Part shown: piece after piece, positions 19,756 to 28,867 of the stretch
Position numbering within the stretch: position 1 is the stretch's first letter
Layout of the letters: the number at the start of each line of letters is the position of its first letter
Source of the DNA: Smithellaceae bacterium
GTDB taxonomy: Bacteria; Desulfobacterota; Syntrophia; Syntrophales; Smithellaceae
NCBI GenBank assembly: GCA_963667845.2
Contig: CAXXVL010000002.1
Location: 2,720,001 to 2,784,000, forward strand
Direction of reading: 5' to 3'
Length of the DNA stretch: 64,000 bases
The notes under the pieces: generated by a model
Told to the model about the DNA's origin: nothing
Seen by the model: only the letters and a program-made list of their open reading frames with translations
Databases searched by the model: none
Translations under genes and position numbers: made by a program

Positions 19756-20733
19756 TTACTCGAAATTGATCGCGCCCGGCCACAAATAGTAAAAGCCCGC
19801 CCGCACTTTTAATATTTCCGGAAGATCGATATTGACCAGGGAAATATTGGCGGCGTCCGGAGCGGACGCGCGATAATAGTTGTCCTCGGGGACGTCATTG
19901 CGCCGGTAGACGATGACGCGCGCGTCATCGGCAAGTCCGGCAATCTTTCGGGTCTCTTTAACCGCATCCCGAATATAGCCGATTTTATCAATGAGCTTCA
20001 AACGCAATGCGTCATCGGCGACAAACACGCGGGCCGTGGATACTTCTTTTAGAGCCTTTTCGTCAAGCTTGCGGTGTTTTTGCACCAGCCCAATGAACCG
20101 GTTGCCGAAAGTCTCGACGGTTTTCTGCATCAGCCTCTTTTCCTCGTCACTCGATTCCCGGAAAGGCGAGCCCATATCCTTATTTTCACCGAATTTATTG
20201 ACTTCAACGCCCAGGCCGATTTTGTTCATCAGGCCTATGGCTTTCGGCCGCATGAAAATGACGCCGACGGAACCCGTCAAGGTCGTCGGATGAGCCATGA
20301 TCAGGTCCGCGGGCAGTGACAGATAATAACCGCCGGAGGCGGCGAGATCCATCATGATCACGCCGACTTTGTTGCCGGTTTTCGTTTTGTACAGGAGGAT
20401 CTCATGATAAATAAGATCACTGGCGGTAATCGTTCCGCCCGGCGAATTGACCTTCAACAAGACGGCTTTAATCTGCGGATCGTTCTGGGCTTTGTTCAGC
20501 TGAACGACTACTTGTTCAACCAGACTGGGCGACGTGGAAAACAGACCCTCTTTCGGCGCATCCGAAATCATCCCGCTGATCGGAATGATCAGGATTTTAT
20601 CTTTCCCTTTTCCTTCCAATGTAAATTCGCGAAGGGGGTTGGGCGTCGTATCAAAAATATTCAGCCGCGGGGCCGAGCAGGCGGCAAGCAACAACAGCGA
20701 GCACAGGGCACTGAGGAAGAGTAATTTTTTCAT
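19756..20733 (-). CDS. sppA: Signal peptide peptidase SppA (S49 family), lipoprotein
   Basis: Lipobox LAAC, NSPGG, AASGGYY and TGSVGV. Confidence 0.9.
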   Translation of the reverse strand: MKKLLFLSALCSLLLLAACSAPRLNIFDTTPNPLREFTLEGKGKDKILIIPISGMISDAPKEGLFSTSPSLVEQVVVQLNKAQNDPQIKAVLLKVNSPGGTITASDLIYHEILLYKTKTGNKVGVIMMDLAASGGYYLSLPADLIMAHPTTLTGSVGVIFMRPKAIGLMNKIGLGVEVNKFGENKDMGSPFRESSDEEKRLMQKTVETFGNRFIGLVQKHRKLDEKALKEVSTARVFVADDALRLKLIDKIGYIRDAVKETRKIAGLADDARVIVYRRNDVPEDNYYRASAPDAANISLVNIDLPEILKVRAGFYYLWPGAINFE

Positions 20734-20757
20734 AGGTGTTTCCTTTCTTTAAAGCAC

Positions 20758-22125
20758 TTACTTCATTAGTTTCAGGAATAATTTTATCAAACCGCCCCTA
20801 TCGGGGGCGGCACTATCGATCGGATCGGCAAGATTGCAACTGTGCAAAATACTTTTCGTGTGAGAAAACGTCTCAAAGCTGTAGCGGCCGTGATATCGGC
20901 CGAGCCCGCTCGATCCCAGGCCGCCGAAAGGCAGGTAGGGCGACACGATATGCATCAGGGTGTTATTGACCGCGCCGCCGCCGAACGATGTTTCACAAAT
21001 AATTTTTCGACGGGCCGCCTTATCGTTGACGAACGCATACAAAGACAGCGGATGGGGCCGGGCATTGATCCGGTGAATGATTTCATCCAAATCCTTATAG
21101 GCGATGATGGGCAGAAGGGGCCCGAAAATTTCATCCTGCATGACCCCGTCATCCCAGTCCGCCGGATAAAGCAGTGTCGGTTCGATATAACGGTCGGCAG
21201 CGACCGTTTTGCCGCCGTAAATAATTTTGGATGGATCGATCAACGCGGTAAGGCGCCGGAAGTGTCGATCATTGATAATGCGGCAGTAGCGCGGGTGCTT
21301 TGAGGCATCTTCACCGTAAAATTTTATGATGATCTTGATCATTTCATCAATAAACGCATCCTTGACCGATTCGTGGACCAAAACGTAATCCGGCGCGATG
21401 CAGGTTTGCCCGGCGTTGAGGAATTTCCCCAAGCCGACCCGGCGGGCAGCCGTTCCCAGATTCGCGCTTTCGTGGACGATCGCCGGACTTTTGCCGCCCA
21501 GCTCGAGCGTAAGCGGTATCAGATTTTTGGCCGCAGCGGTCATGACGATCTTCCCTACCGCGACGCTGCCGGTAAAAAAAATATAGTCGAACGGCAGTTC
21601 GAGGAGTGCCTGTGTCTCCGATGCCGCGCCGCAAACCACATGAATGTAGCCGCGGGGAAAGGCCTGGTTGAAGATTCTTTCCATGACGGATGAAGTGTGG
21701 GCAGAAAGTTCCGACGGTTTGAGGATCGCCGTGTTGCCGGCGGCAATCGCTCCGATGAGCGGCATGAGGAGAAGCTGAAAAGGATAATTCCAGGGTGCGA
21801 TGATGAGCGTCACCCCGTAGGGTTCTTTGTAGATATAACTGCGGGCGGGCTTCATGAAAAAAGGAGTGAAAACTCTTTCACGCGCCGCCCAGTCGCGGAG
21901 ATGGCGAATGGTAAATTTGATTTCATGATAGAAGCCGGCAAGTTCCGTTGCAGAAGCATCTGTTTCTTCTTTATGCAAGTCGGCGTAAATAGCGGCAAGA
22001 ATTTCTTTCTCGTTCGCTGCGATGACTTCCCTGAGCTTTTTGAGGGACGCAATACGGAAACCAATGTCGCGCGATTTTCCAGAGCGGAAAAAATTCTTTT
22101 GTTCCTGATAGAGATCGCTAAACAT
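20758..22125 (-). CDS. NAD(P)-dependent aldehyde dehydrogenase (ALDH3-like)
   Basis: PWNYP, KPSE, FTGS, LELGGKSP, NAGQTCIAPDY and EIFGP. Confidence 0.93.
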   Translation of the reverse strand: MFSDLYQEQKNFFRSGKSRDIGFRIASLKKLREVIAANEKEILAAIYADLHKEETDASATELAGFYHEIKFTIRHLRDWAARERVFTPFFMKPARSYIYKEPYGVTLIIAPWNYPFQLLLMPLIGAIAAGNTAILKPSELSAHTSSVMERIFNQAFPRGYIHVVCGAASETQALLELPFDYIFFTGSVAVGKIVMTAAAKNLIPLTLELGGKSPAIVHESANLGTAARRVGLGKFLNAGQTCIAPDYVLVHESVKDAFIDEMIKIIIKFYGEDASKHPRYCRIINDRHFRRLTALIDPSKIIYGGKTVAADRYIEPTLLYPADWDDGVMQDEIFGPLLPIIAYKDLDEIIHRINARPHPLSLYAFVNDKAARRKIICETSFGGGAVNNTLMHIVSPYLPFGGLGSSGLGRYHGRYSFETFSHTKSILHSCNLADPIDSAAPDRGGLIKLFLKLMK

Positions 22126-22338
22126 CAGGTTCTCCCTGCTGAATTTCGCCAAAAGGCTGCGTTAAGCCCGGCCATCACAAAATCAAAGCCAATTTAGTAT
22201 ATGCGCAAGGGGAATGGGTGTCAAGGAGATGGCAGCTAAATGCCGTATATTGAAGGTGGACAAAAAGATTTGATTCATGTAAATCAGCGCATCACGTAAT
22301 CACAAGTATCAAAAAGCTTAAAGCCGGAAAGGCAAGCC

Positions 22339-23136
22339 ATGGATATAGTGCACGCGGTCGTTTTGGGGTTGGTCCAGGGATTGGGAGAATTCCTGCCGAT
22401 ATCGAGTTCGGCGCATCTGGTTTTGGTTCCCTGGTTAATGGGCTGGGCGGATCCCGGCCTCACCTTTGATATCGCTTTGCACGTCGGAACGCTGATTGCC
22501 GTTGTGCTTTACTTCTGGAATGATTGGATCAACCTGTTGCATAGAGGGTTTACGAAACCCAAAGAGAGGGAAGGGAAACTTTTTTGGTATCTGGTCCTTG
22601 CGACCATCCCCGGTGCCCTCATTGGTTTCGGGCTGGAAAAGATTGCTGAAACAATTTTTCGCAATCCCGTTCTCATTGCCTGCATGCTGATCCTCCTGGG
22701 CGTCATTCTTTATTTGGCTGACCGGAAGGGCAAGAAACAAATTGATGTCCAGCATATTTCGCTCAAGACCAGTTTTCTGATCGGTCTTTCACAGGCTCTG
22801 GCGATTATTCCCGGCGTATCACGCTCGGGCGTGACGATGACAACAGCGCTCGCATTGGGAATGACCCGGGAAGGCGCAGCACGTTTTTCCTTTCTGCTTT
22901 CCGCGCCGATTATTCTGGGGGCTGCGCTGGTCAAGGTGCCGGCGCTGATCGCCAATCCGGCCATGATTGACGCCGGCTTTCTCACAGGCATGGCCGTTTC
23001 CTGCGTCTCCGGGCTCCTCGCCATCGGTTTTTTACTGCGCTACGTGCAAACCAGAACGTTTATGCCTTTTGTGATTTATCGTTTTGCGCTGGGTGCGCTG
23101 GTTCTGGGTTTTGCTTTTTACCGCTTCACGGCATAG
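22339..23136 (+). CDS. uppP: Undecaprenyl-diphosphate phosphatase
   Basis: QGLGEFLPISSSAHL, PGVSRSG and AARFSFLLS. Confidence 0.95.
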   Translation: MDIVHAVVLGLVQGLGEFLPISSSAHLVLVPWLMGWADPGLTFDIALHVGTLIAVVLYFWNDWINLLHRGFTKPKEREGKLFWYLVLATIPGALIGFGLEKIAETIFRNPVLIACMLILLGVILYLADRKGKKQIDVQHISLKTSFLIGLSQALAIIPGVSRSGVTMTTALALGMTREGAARFSFLLSAPIILGAALVKVPALIANPAMIDAGFLTGMAVSCVSGLLAIGFLLRYVQTRTFMPFVIYRFALGALVLGFAFYRFTA

Positions 23137-23142
23137 CCGGTT

Positions 23143-24345
23143 TTAAAGTTTGTTTTGAATATCCTTTTCGTCTGGTGCCTGATCGTCCAGAACCGGTTCT
23201 TCGAGCAGATGACTGGGCAGGAAAAACCTATTGGCAATCAGCGTCGGGATAACAGCACTGGCAATTACCGCTCCGACAATCAATGAATACTGCGTCTGTG
23301 AAATGATGTTGTTGGAAAGGCCGTATAACGCTGAGATCGTTCCGAAGGTCAGGCCGGTACTCATCAGCAGGGTATAATACCATTTCTCCTTCTTATCCTC
23401 TCGAAAATGCCGAATGGCCGGATACAGGCCCAATATCTTGGAGGCGACTTTCCCGCCGAGCAGCAGAAGAAAAATAGCAAATCCGGACAATAGCGCCGGG
23501 ATGGACACGAGCGCTCCTGCTCTGAGAAAATACAAAGGAGTCAAAAAGCCCACCGTCAGCGTCCTTAAGCGCCGGACAAAATGACCGTCCTGTTCCATCG
23601 TACGCGCCAAAACCATGCCCAGAACATATGCGGGTAGAACCGGTTCGCTTCCGGACCATGCGGCCAGGACGCCCATAGCCAATAGGATGAAGATAATCCA
23701 TTTGGCCCGAATGGCTGCAGTTTTGTAAGCGAAACGTTTGATGAGGTAATCTGTCATCGGGCGCAGCGCAAAAATCATTACGATTGTTACCGCAATGAAT
23801 ATGACCGTTTTGTATGTGAAAGGCGCGAAGATCAATCCCAGGGCGATGACGGTTCCCAGGTCGTTTACGAAACAGGCTCCCAGGACGCCTTTTCCGAATT
23901 CAGTTTTATTGAAACCATATTCCAGCATAACCGCATAGACAACCGCCATGGAGGTGGTGGATAAGGCGATGCCGCACAGCAAACTGGCCTGAAGGTTCCA
24001 GCCGATGAGATAGTAGGCGATCAGAAAACAGCCGATGAACGGAGCCGAAAAGCCGATCATGCCGATGACGGAGACTTCCTTAATTTTTGTTTTCATGGCG
24101 TCGGGATTAAGCTCCGCGCCTGCGAGAAACGTCAGCAGAACAGCACCGACGCCGGTGCAGAATTTCATCCAGTCGGCATTGAGCGACAGGTTATCGAAAT
24201 AGCCGAGCTGGAAGGCGGCAAAGCCGGCGACGGCGCCGACCATGATTTCCATGAGCGCGATTGATATTTTGAGACGATTGGCTAAAATGGTCGACAGGAC
24301 GGCGGCAAAAAACCAGAATGCCGCGACAAGATAGATTTTTTCCAT
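23143..24345 (-). CDS. Cation:proton antiporter (CPA family), downstream of a fluoride riboswitch
   Basis: About 12 TM helices; FLAGAE, ALSTTSMAVV and FVNDLG. Confidence 0.85.
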   Translation of the reverse strand: MEKIYLVAAFWFFAAVLSTILANRLKISIALMEIMVGAVAGFAAFQLGYFDNLSLNADWMKFCTGVGAVLLTFLAGAELNPDAMKTKIKEVSVIGMIGFSAPFIGCFLIAYYLIGWNLQASLLCGIALSTTSMAVVYAVMLEYGFNKTEFGKGVLGACFVNDLGTVIALGLIFAPFTYKTVIFIAVTIVMIFALRPMTDYLIKRFAYKTAAIRAKWIIFILLAMGVLAAWSGSEPVLPAYVLGMVLARTMEQDGHFVRRLRTLTVGFLTPLYFLRAGALVSIPALLSGFAIFLLLLGGKVASKILGLYPAIRHFREDKKEKWYYTLLMSTGLTFGTISALYGLSNNIISQTQYSLIVGAVIASAVIPTLIANRFFLPSHLLEEPVLDDQAPDEKDIQNKL

Positions 24346-24369
24346 GCGATGACTCCTTATCGAGAAATG

Positions 24370-24421
24370 TGTCAGGAGTCATCAGCGGCAGAGGCGGTTA
24401 AAGGTGAACCCCATCACCTGC
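24370..24421 (-). ncRNA. Fluoride (crcB) riboswitch 1
   Basis: Minus strand reads AGGTGATGGGGTTCACCTTTAACCGCCTCTGCCGCTGATGACTCCTGA, matching the GGYGAUGRxGUUCRCC...GCURAUGACxYCU consensus. Confidence 0.92.
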
Positions 24422-24564
24422 GCGAAAAAGAGGATTTCTTTATACGGCGGAAGCGACGTAACAAAAGAACGTTTCTATGTCAATGGATTATTTAATCATT
24501 GAAAAATCATAAAAATATCTTTCTTTTCTTCTTCGAAGGAAGATAGCCGGTCTTTGGATTATGA

Positions 24565-24604
24565 AAGTGTCACACTGCCCTGTTTAGCGGGCAGTGTGAC
24601 ACTT
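24565..24604 (-). terminator. Stem-loop after the GGGtGRT gene
   Basis: Perfect 16-bp stem AAGTGTCACACTGCCC/GGGCAGTGTGACACTT. Confidence 0.75.
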
Positions 24605-24616
24605 GATAGACATTGG

Positions 24617-25615
24617 CTATTTCATTGCCTGTTCCACAGCAACCGCGACAGCGACCGAAGCGCCCACCATGGGATTATTGCCCATGCCGATTAATCCCAT
24701 CATTTCCACATGAGCGGGAACGGACGATGAACCGGCAAACTGCGCGTCGGAGTGCATGCGTCCCATCGTGTCGGTCATACCGTAGGATGCCGGCCCTGCG
24801 GCCACGTTGTCGGGATGAAGCGTTCTTCCTGTTCCGCCGCCGGATGCCACCGAGAAGAACTTCTTTCCTGCGAGCAGGCGTTCTTTTTTGTACACCCCCA
24901 TGACCGGATGCTGGAAACGCGTCGGGTTGGTGGAATTCCCCGTAATGGCCACATCCACGCCTTCCAGGTGCATGATGGCCACACCCTCGCGCACATCATC
25001 CGCGCCGTAACAACGGACCGCTGCACGGTCACCCGTGGAATAAGCTTTTTCCTTCGCCACGGAGACCTTCCCCGTTTTATAGTCAAAAGCTGTTGCGACG
25101 TGGGTAAATCCATTGACACGCGCGATAATGTGAGCCGCGTCCTTTCCTAAACCATTCAGGATGACGCGCAGAGGTTTTTTTCGTGCCTTGTTGGCGGATT
25201 TGGCGAGGCCGATAGCGCCCTCCGCTGCGGCGAATGATTCGTGCCCCGCGCAGAAAGCGAAGCAGGTGGTTTCTTCGCGCAGAAGCATAGAGGCTAAATT
25301 CCCATGACCGATCCCTACCTGACGATCATCGGCGACAGAGCCGGGAATGCAGAACGACTGGAGCCCTTCGCCCAGCGTTTCGGCAATGTCGGCTGCATTT
25401 TTCTGCCCCTTCTTAATCGCGGCGGCAGCGCCCACCAGATAGGCCCATCCGGCGTTTTCAAATGAAATCGGCTGAATATCTTTTACAATTTTTCTGACAT
25501 CAACGCCTTTCCCGATGCATACTTTTTCGGCTTCCTCTAAAGAGGAAATTCCGTATTTGGCGAGAAAAGGAGTGATCTGTTTGATTCTTCGTTCGTATCC
25601 TTCAAATAGTGCCAT
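24617..25615 (-). CDS. GGGtGRT protein (function unknown)
   Basis: SVASGGGTGRTLHPDN, AGHESFAAAEGA and GNSTNPTRFQHP. Confidence 0.93.
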   Translation of the reverse strand: MALFEGYERRIKQITPFLAKYGISSLEEAEKVCIGKGVDVRKIVKDIQPISFENAGWAYLVGAAAAIKKGQKNAADIAETLGEGLQSFCIPGSVADDRQVGIGHGNLASMLLREETTCFAFCAGHESFAAAEGAIGLAKSANKARKKPLRVILNGLGKDAAHIIARVNGFTHVATAFDYKTGKVSVAKEKAYSTGDRAAVRCYGADDVREGVAIMHLEGVDVAITGNSTNPTRFQHPVMGVYKKERLLAGKKFFSVASGGGTGRTLHPDNVAAGPASYGMTDTMGRMHSDAQFAGSSSVPAHVEMMGLIGMGNNPMVGASVAVAVAVEQAMK

Positions 25616-25626
25616 TTTCCTACTCC

Positions 25627-26319
25627 TTATCCTTTACGTGGGTTAATAATTTTTACGGCTTCGGCAAAGCGGCCGTATGTCCCGGTTGCTTTGGCCAGCG
25701 CGGCGGCCGGTTCCATTCCCTTGGCGATGTTATCCATCATGACGCCCAGCTGAACGAACTTGTAACCGATAATTTCGCTGTCGCTGTCGAGACCGATTTC
25801 AGTGACATAACCTTCAGCCATCTCCAGATACCGGGGACCTTTTTCCCTGGTGCCGTACATCGTGGCGATCACGCTCCTAAGGCCCTTGCCCAGATCTTCC
25901 AGACCCGCACCAATAGGAAGTCCGCCTTCAGAAAACGCGGTTTGTGTGCGGCCATAAACGATCTGGAGAAAGATTTCCCGCATGGCCACGTTTATCGCGT
26001 CACAGACGAGGTCGGAATTCAGTGCTTCCAGAATTGTTTTATGCGGCAAAATTTCTGCAGCCATTGCCGCGGAATGAGTCATTCCTGTGCAGCCGATACA
26101 TTCCACCAGCGCTTCTTCGATGATGCCTTTTTTTACATTGAGCGTCAATTTGCAGGCGCCCTGCTGGGGGGCGCACCAGCCAACGCCGTGGGTGAGGCCG
26201 CTGATGTCTTTAATTTCTTTGACCTGAGTCCAGCCGCCCTCCTGAGGGATTGGAGCGGGGCCATTCTTGGCACCCTTGGCGACTACGCACATCTGTTCGA
26301 CTTCATGAGTGTGTTCCAT
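25627..26319 (-). CDS. IscU/NifU-N-like protein, conserved partner of GGGtGRT
   Basis: GWCAPQQGACKLTLNVK, IGCTGMTHSA and LVCDAIN. Confidence 0.85.
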   Translation of the reverse strand: MEHTHEVEQMCVVAKGAKNGPAPIPQEGGWTQVKEIKDISGLTHGVGWCAPQQGACKLTLNVKKGIIEEALVECIGCTGMTHSAAMAAEILPHKTILEALNSDLVCDAINVAMREIFLQIVYGRTQTAFSEGGLPIGAGLEDLGKGLRSVIATMYGTREKGPRYLEMAEGYVTEIGLDSDSEIIGYKFVQLGVMMDNIAKGMEPAAALAKATGTYGRFAEAVKIINPRKG

Positions 26320-26370
26320 AAAAAAATCTCCTTCCAGTCATATTCTTTCCTTTCTTTAAAAAAGTTGTTG

Positions 26371-27162
26371 CTATTCTGATAAAGTACCAGATAGCTTTTC
26401 TATTTGAGCAATTACCCGGTTTATGTCATCCGTCTGCCCTTGCGTCCGGGAAAGCGGGGCTTCGATGGCCGCGAGTTCTTCATGCATATAGCTGGTCGCC
26501 TGGATGCGCATTGCGTCTATAGCATTATTGACGCTTTTTTCCCACTGATAGGCCAGACGCGACAGATTGATTTTTACTTCTTTCGGAACGCCTTTAATAA
26601 AATGCCGTTCGAATATCCGCCGGAACAGAAACATGGGAATCAGAAACCACAAGAGATCCAGGTGAACGTCGAAGGATTTGGTGAAGGCAATGCCCGGGTG
26701 GTCGGGTTCAACCACATCGATTTTCCAATCGACTCCCGCCAGCCTTAGAACCAGCACATTTTCAATATTGTCGCCAAGGAATTTGCAGAATGCCGAAAGT
26801 GATCGCGAAAAGCTCGCGTGGGCTTTTTTCTGCGTACCCAGAAAATTGACGTGTTCGGTTTTGGAAAGCCCGCCCATCTCATCAGAGAGCGTTTCAGACA
26901 CCCAGGCCTCAGAACGCCGGGAGAGTTTCCAGGGATTGCCCTGCCGGGGCGGCATGTCTTCTTCCGGTCTGCTTTTAACCTTGTTAATGAGGGGCGCTAA
27001 GAACGGTTCCAGATAGGCTTCAATCAAGGGGCGGGTTTGCCGTTGGTGCTCACGGGAGATAATGCCCAGTGCGGCCAGTTGCTTTTCAAGAGACGCCATG
27101 GAAAAATTGTTTACGGCGGCGGAATGAAGATGGAGCAGATCTCGTATTGAGGGCAGGGACAT
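26371..27162 (-). pseudogene. Probable dynamin-family protein remnant lacking the GTPase domain
   Basis: The C-terminus (GNPWKLSRR, DLLWFLIPMFLFRRIFERHF, NLSRLAYQWE) resembles the helical tail of dynamin-like proteins as I recall them. No P-loop and no clear RBS. Confidence 0.5.
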
Positions 27163-27180
27163 TGGATTTGCAGAGGTCAC

Positions 27181-27217
27181 AAAAAACTCCCACGGTTCTA
27201 ACATGGATCGTAGGAGT
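27181..27217 (-). terminator. Terminator overlapping the 3' end of riboswitch 2
   Basis: ACTCCTACG...CGTGGGAGT followed by TTTTT. Confidence 0.8.
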
Positions 27218-27258
27218 CATCAGCAATTCGTGCGGTTAAAGGTGAACCCCATCGCCTG
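27209..27258 (-). ncRNA. Fluoride (crcB) riboswitch 2
   Basis: Minus strand reads CAGGCGATGGGGTTCACCTTTAACCGCACGAATTGCTGATGACTCCTACG; TTGACA lies upstream at 27290-27295. Confidence 0.93.
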
Positions 27259-27346
27259 TTGTTATTTGATAACAGAATGTCGAAGGGCATGTCAAGTTTT
27301 TAGAGGTTAGTATAGAAGGATAAACTATCTGCACAGGGGAGGTGAG

Positions 27347-27380
27347 AAAAAAGAGCGCCGGTGAAAAACCGGCGCTCTTT
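27347..27380 (-). terminator. Intrinsic terminator after the MFS gene
   Basis: AAAGAGCGCCGGT-gaaaa-ACCGGCGCTCTTT with a T tract. Confidence 0.85.
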
Positions 27381-27408
27381 GAATTAATGTGCGAAGAACT
27401 CTGCCTTA

Positions 27409-28650
27409 TTATTTATACTCTGACACGTGCTTAGGTCGTGTGAACAGCAGAGCGATAATAAACCCGACAATCAGGCATCCGGCCGCCGTATAAAGAGACT
27501 GTTGTTTGTTGAATTCGGCGAACACAAAACCGCCGACAACACCCGCAACGCCCCACGCTGTCAGCAGGAAGCCATAAACTTTGCCGATGTTCGTCGGACC
27601 AAACGAGTCCGCGGCAAAAGACGGCATGACGGCGAAACCGCCGCCGAGGCAGGCCAGCAGATAACAGGCAATGATCGTGAAGATGAGTACGCTCGAGACC
27701 TGGGGAAGAAGGATGTAAAGAATCGCCTGGGTCAAAAACATGGTCATGTAAGTGCCCTTGCGGCCGATTTTGTCGGATACCGCCGCCCAGAAAAGACGGC
27801 CCAGACCGTTGAAAATGGAAGCCGTGGCCAGAACACCGCCGCCCAGAACAGCCAGTTTTGCCGGATCATCGATGCCTTGAGCCAATTTAATGACTTCCTG
27901 CGCCATGGGAGAGAGTTTGGATAAAAGCCCCATGCCGGCGGTAACATTTAAGAAAAGCATGAACCAGAGCATATACCACTGGCGGGTTTTCTTTGCTTCG
28001 GCCCAGCCGAAGGAATCCGCTGCACTGACTGTTGTTGCCGAAGGCTTAAAGCCCTTGGGAAGCCATCCTGCGGGCGGGTTTCTCAGAGTCAGAGCCGCAA
28101 GAGCACAAAGAACCAGATAAACAGCTCCCAGGATAAGAAACGCATTGGCTACGCCGACTTTAACGATTAGGCCGGGAATGATCATTCCGATGAAAAACGC
28201 GCCGAAACCGAATCCCATCACAGCCAGACCGGTGATCAAGCCCCGTTTATCCGGGAACCAGCGGATCAGTGTCGCGATTGGAACAACATAGGTCAGACCG
28301 TTTCCGACACCGGCGACCACGCCGTACCCGAAGAGAAGAAACCAGAAGTTTCCTGAATACAGGGCCACGCCACCCAGCAAAACGCCGATGCCGTATAAGC
28401 AGGCGCCGAGCGTCGCAACAAACTTGGGACCTTTCTTATCTACCAGCATGCCGCCGAATGCCGCGGAAATACCGATGACACCGATGATTAACATAAAGAC
28501 ACGAGATACGACTTTTACTTCCCAGCCATGCAGGGCCGCAATGGGTTTAACAAAGACTGACCAGGCGTAAACCGTGCCCAAAATCAGCATGATGATGACG
28601 CCCGCGAGGGCGAGAAACCATCGCTTACTCTCCAAATTCTCATTAGCCAT
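27409..28650 (-). CDS. OFA/monocarboxylate-type MFS transporter
   Basis: LGTVYAWSVF, RWFPDKRGLITG, FNGLGRLFW and SDKIGRK. Confidence 0.88.
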   Translation of the reverse strand: MANENLESKRWFLALAGVIIMLILGTVYAWSVFVKPIAALHGWEVKVVSRVFMLIIGVIGISAAFGGMLVDKKGPKFVATLGACLYGIGVLLGGVALYSGNFWFLLFGYGVVAGVGNGLTYVVPIATLIRWFPDKRGLITGLAVMGFGFGAFFIGMIIPGLIVKVGVANAFLILGAVYLVLCALAALTLRNPPAGWLPKGFKPSATTVSAADSFGWAEAKKTRQWYMLWFMLFLNVTAGMGLLSKLSPMAQEVIKLAQGIDDPAKLAVLGGGVLATASIFNGLGRLFWAAVSDKIGRKGTYMTMFLTQAILYILLPQVSSVLIFTIIACYLLACLGGGFAVMPSFAADSFGPTNIGKVYGFLLTAWGVAGVVGGFVFAEFNKQQSLYTAAGCLIVGFIIALLFTRPKHVSEYK

Positions 28651-28789
28651 ACTTTACTTCCTCCCTTGCCTTTATGAATAAAGGCTGAATTTAGTTGGTG
28701 ACTCTATAAAAACCTTCTTATAAGAATGATGAAGGGCTTTATTTTTCGATATAAAAAGATCAAAAATGACTGAGAGTCTTATACATAAA

Positions 28790-28817
28790 GAATATGCCCC
28801 TGACAAGGGGCATATTC
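28790..28817. terminator. Stem-loop between fdhA and the MFS gene
   Basis: GAATATGCCCCT-gaca-AGGGGCATATTC; the U tract on the minus strand is weak. Confidence 0.55.
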
Positions 28818-28867
28818 AGTTTTTTAACATGTTTTATGTAGCATAATATTTTGCCGGCTTTCCGTGA

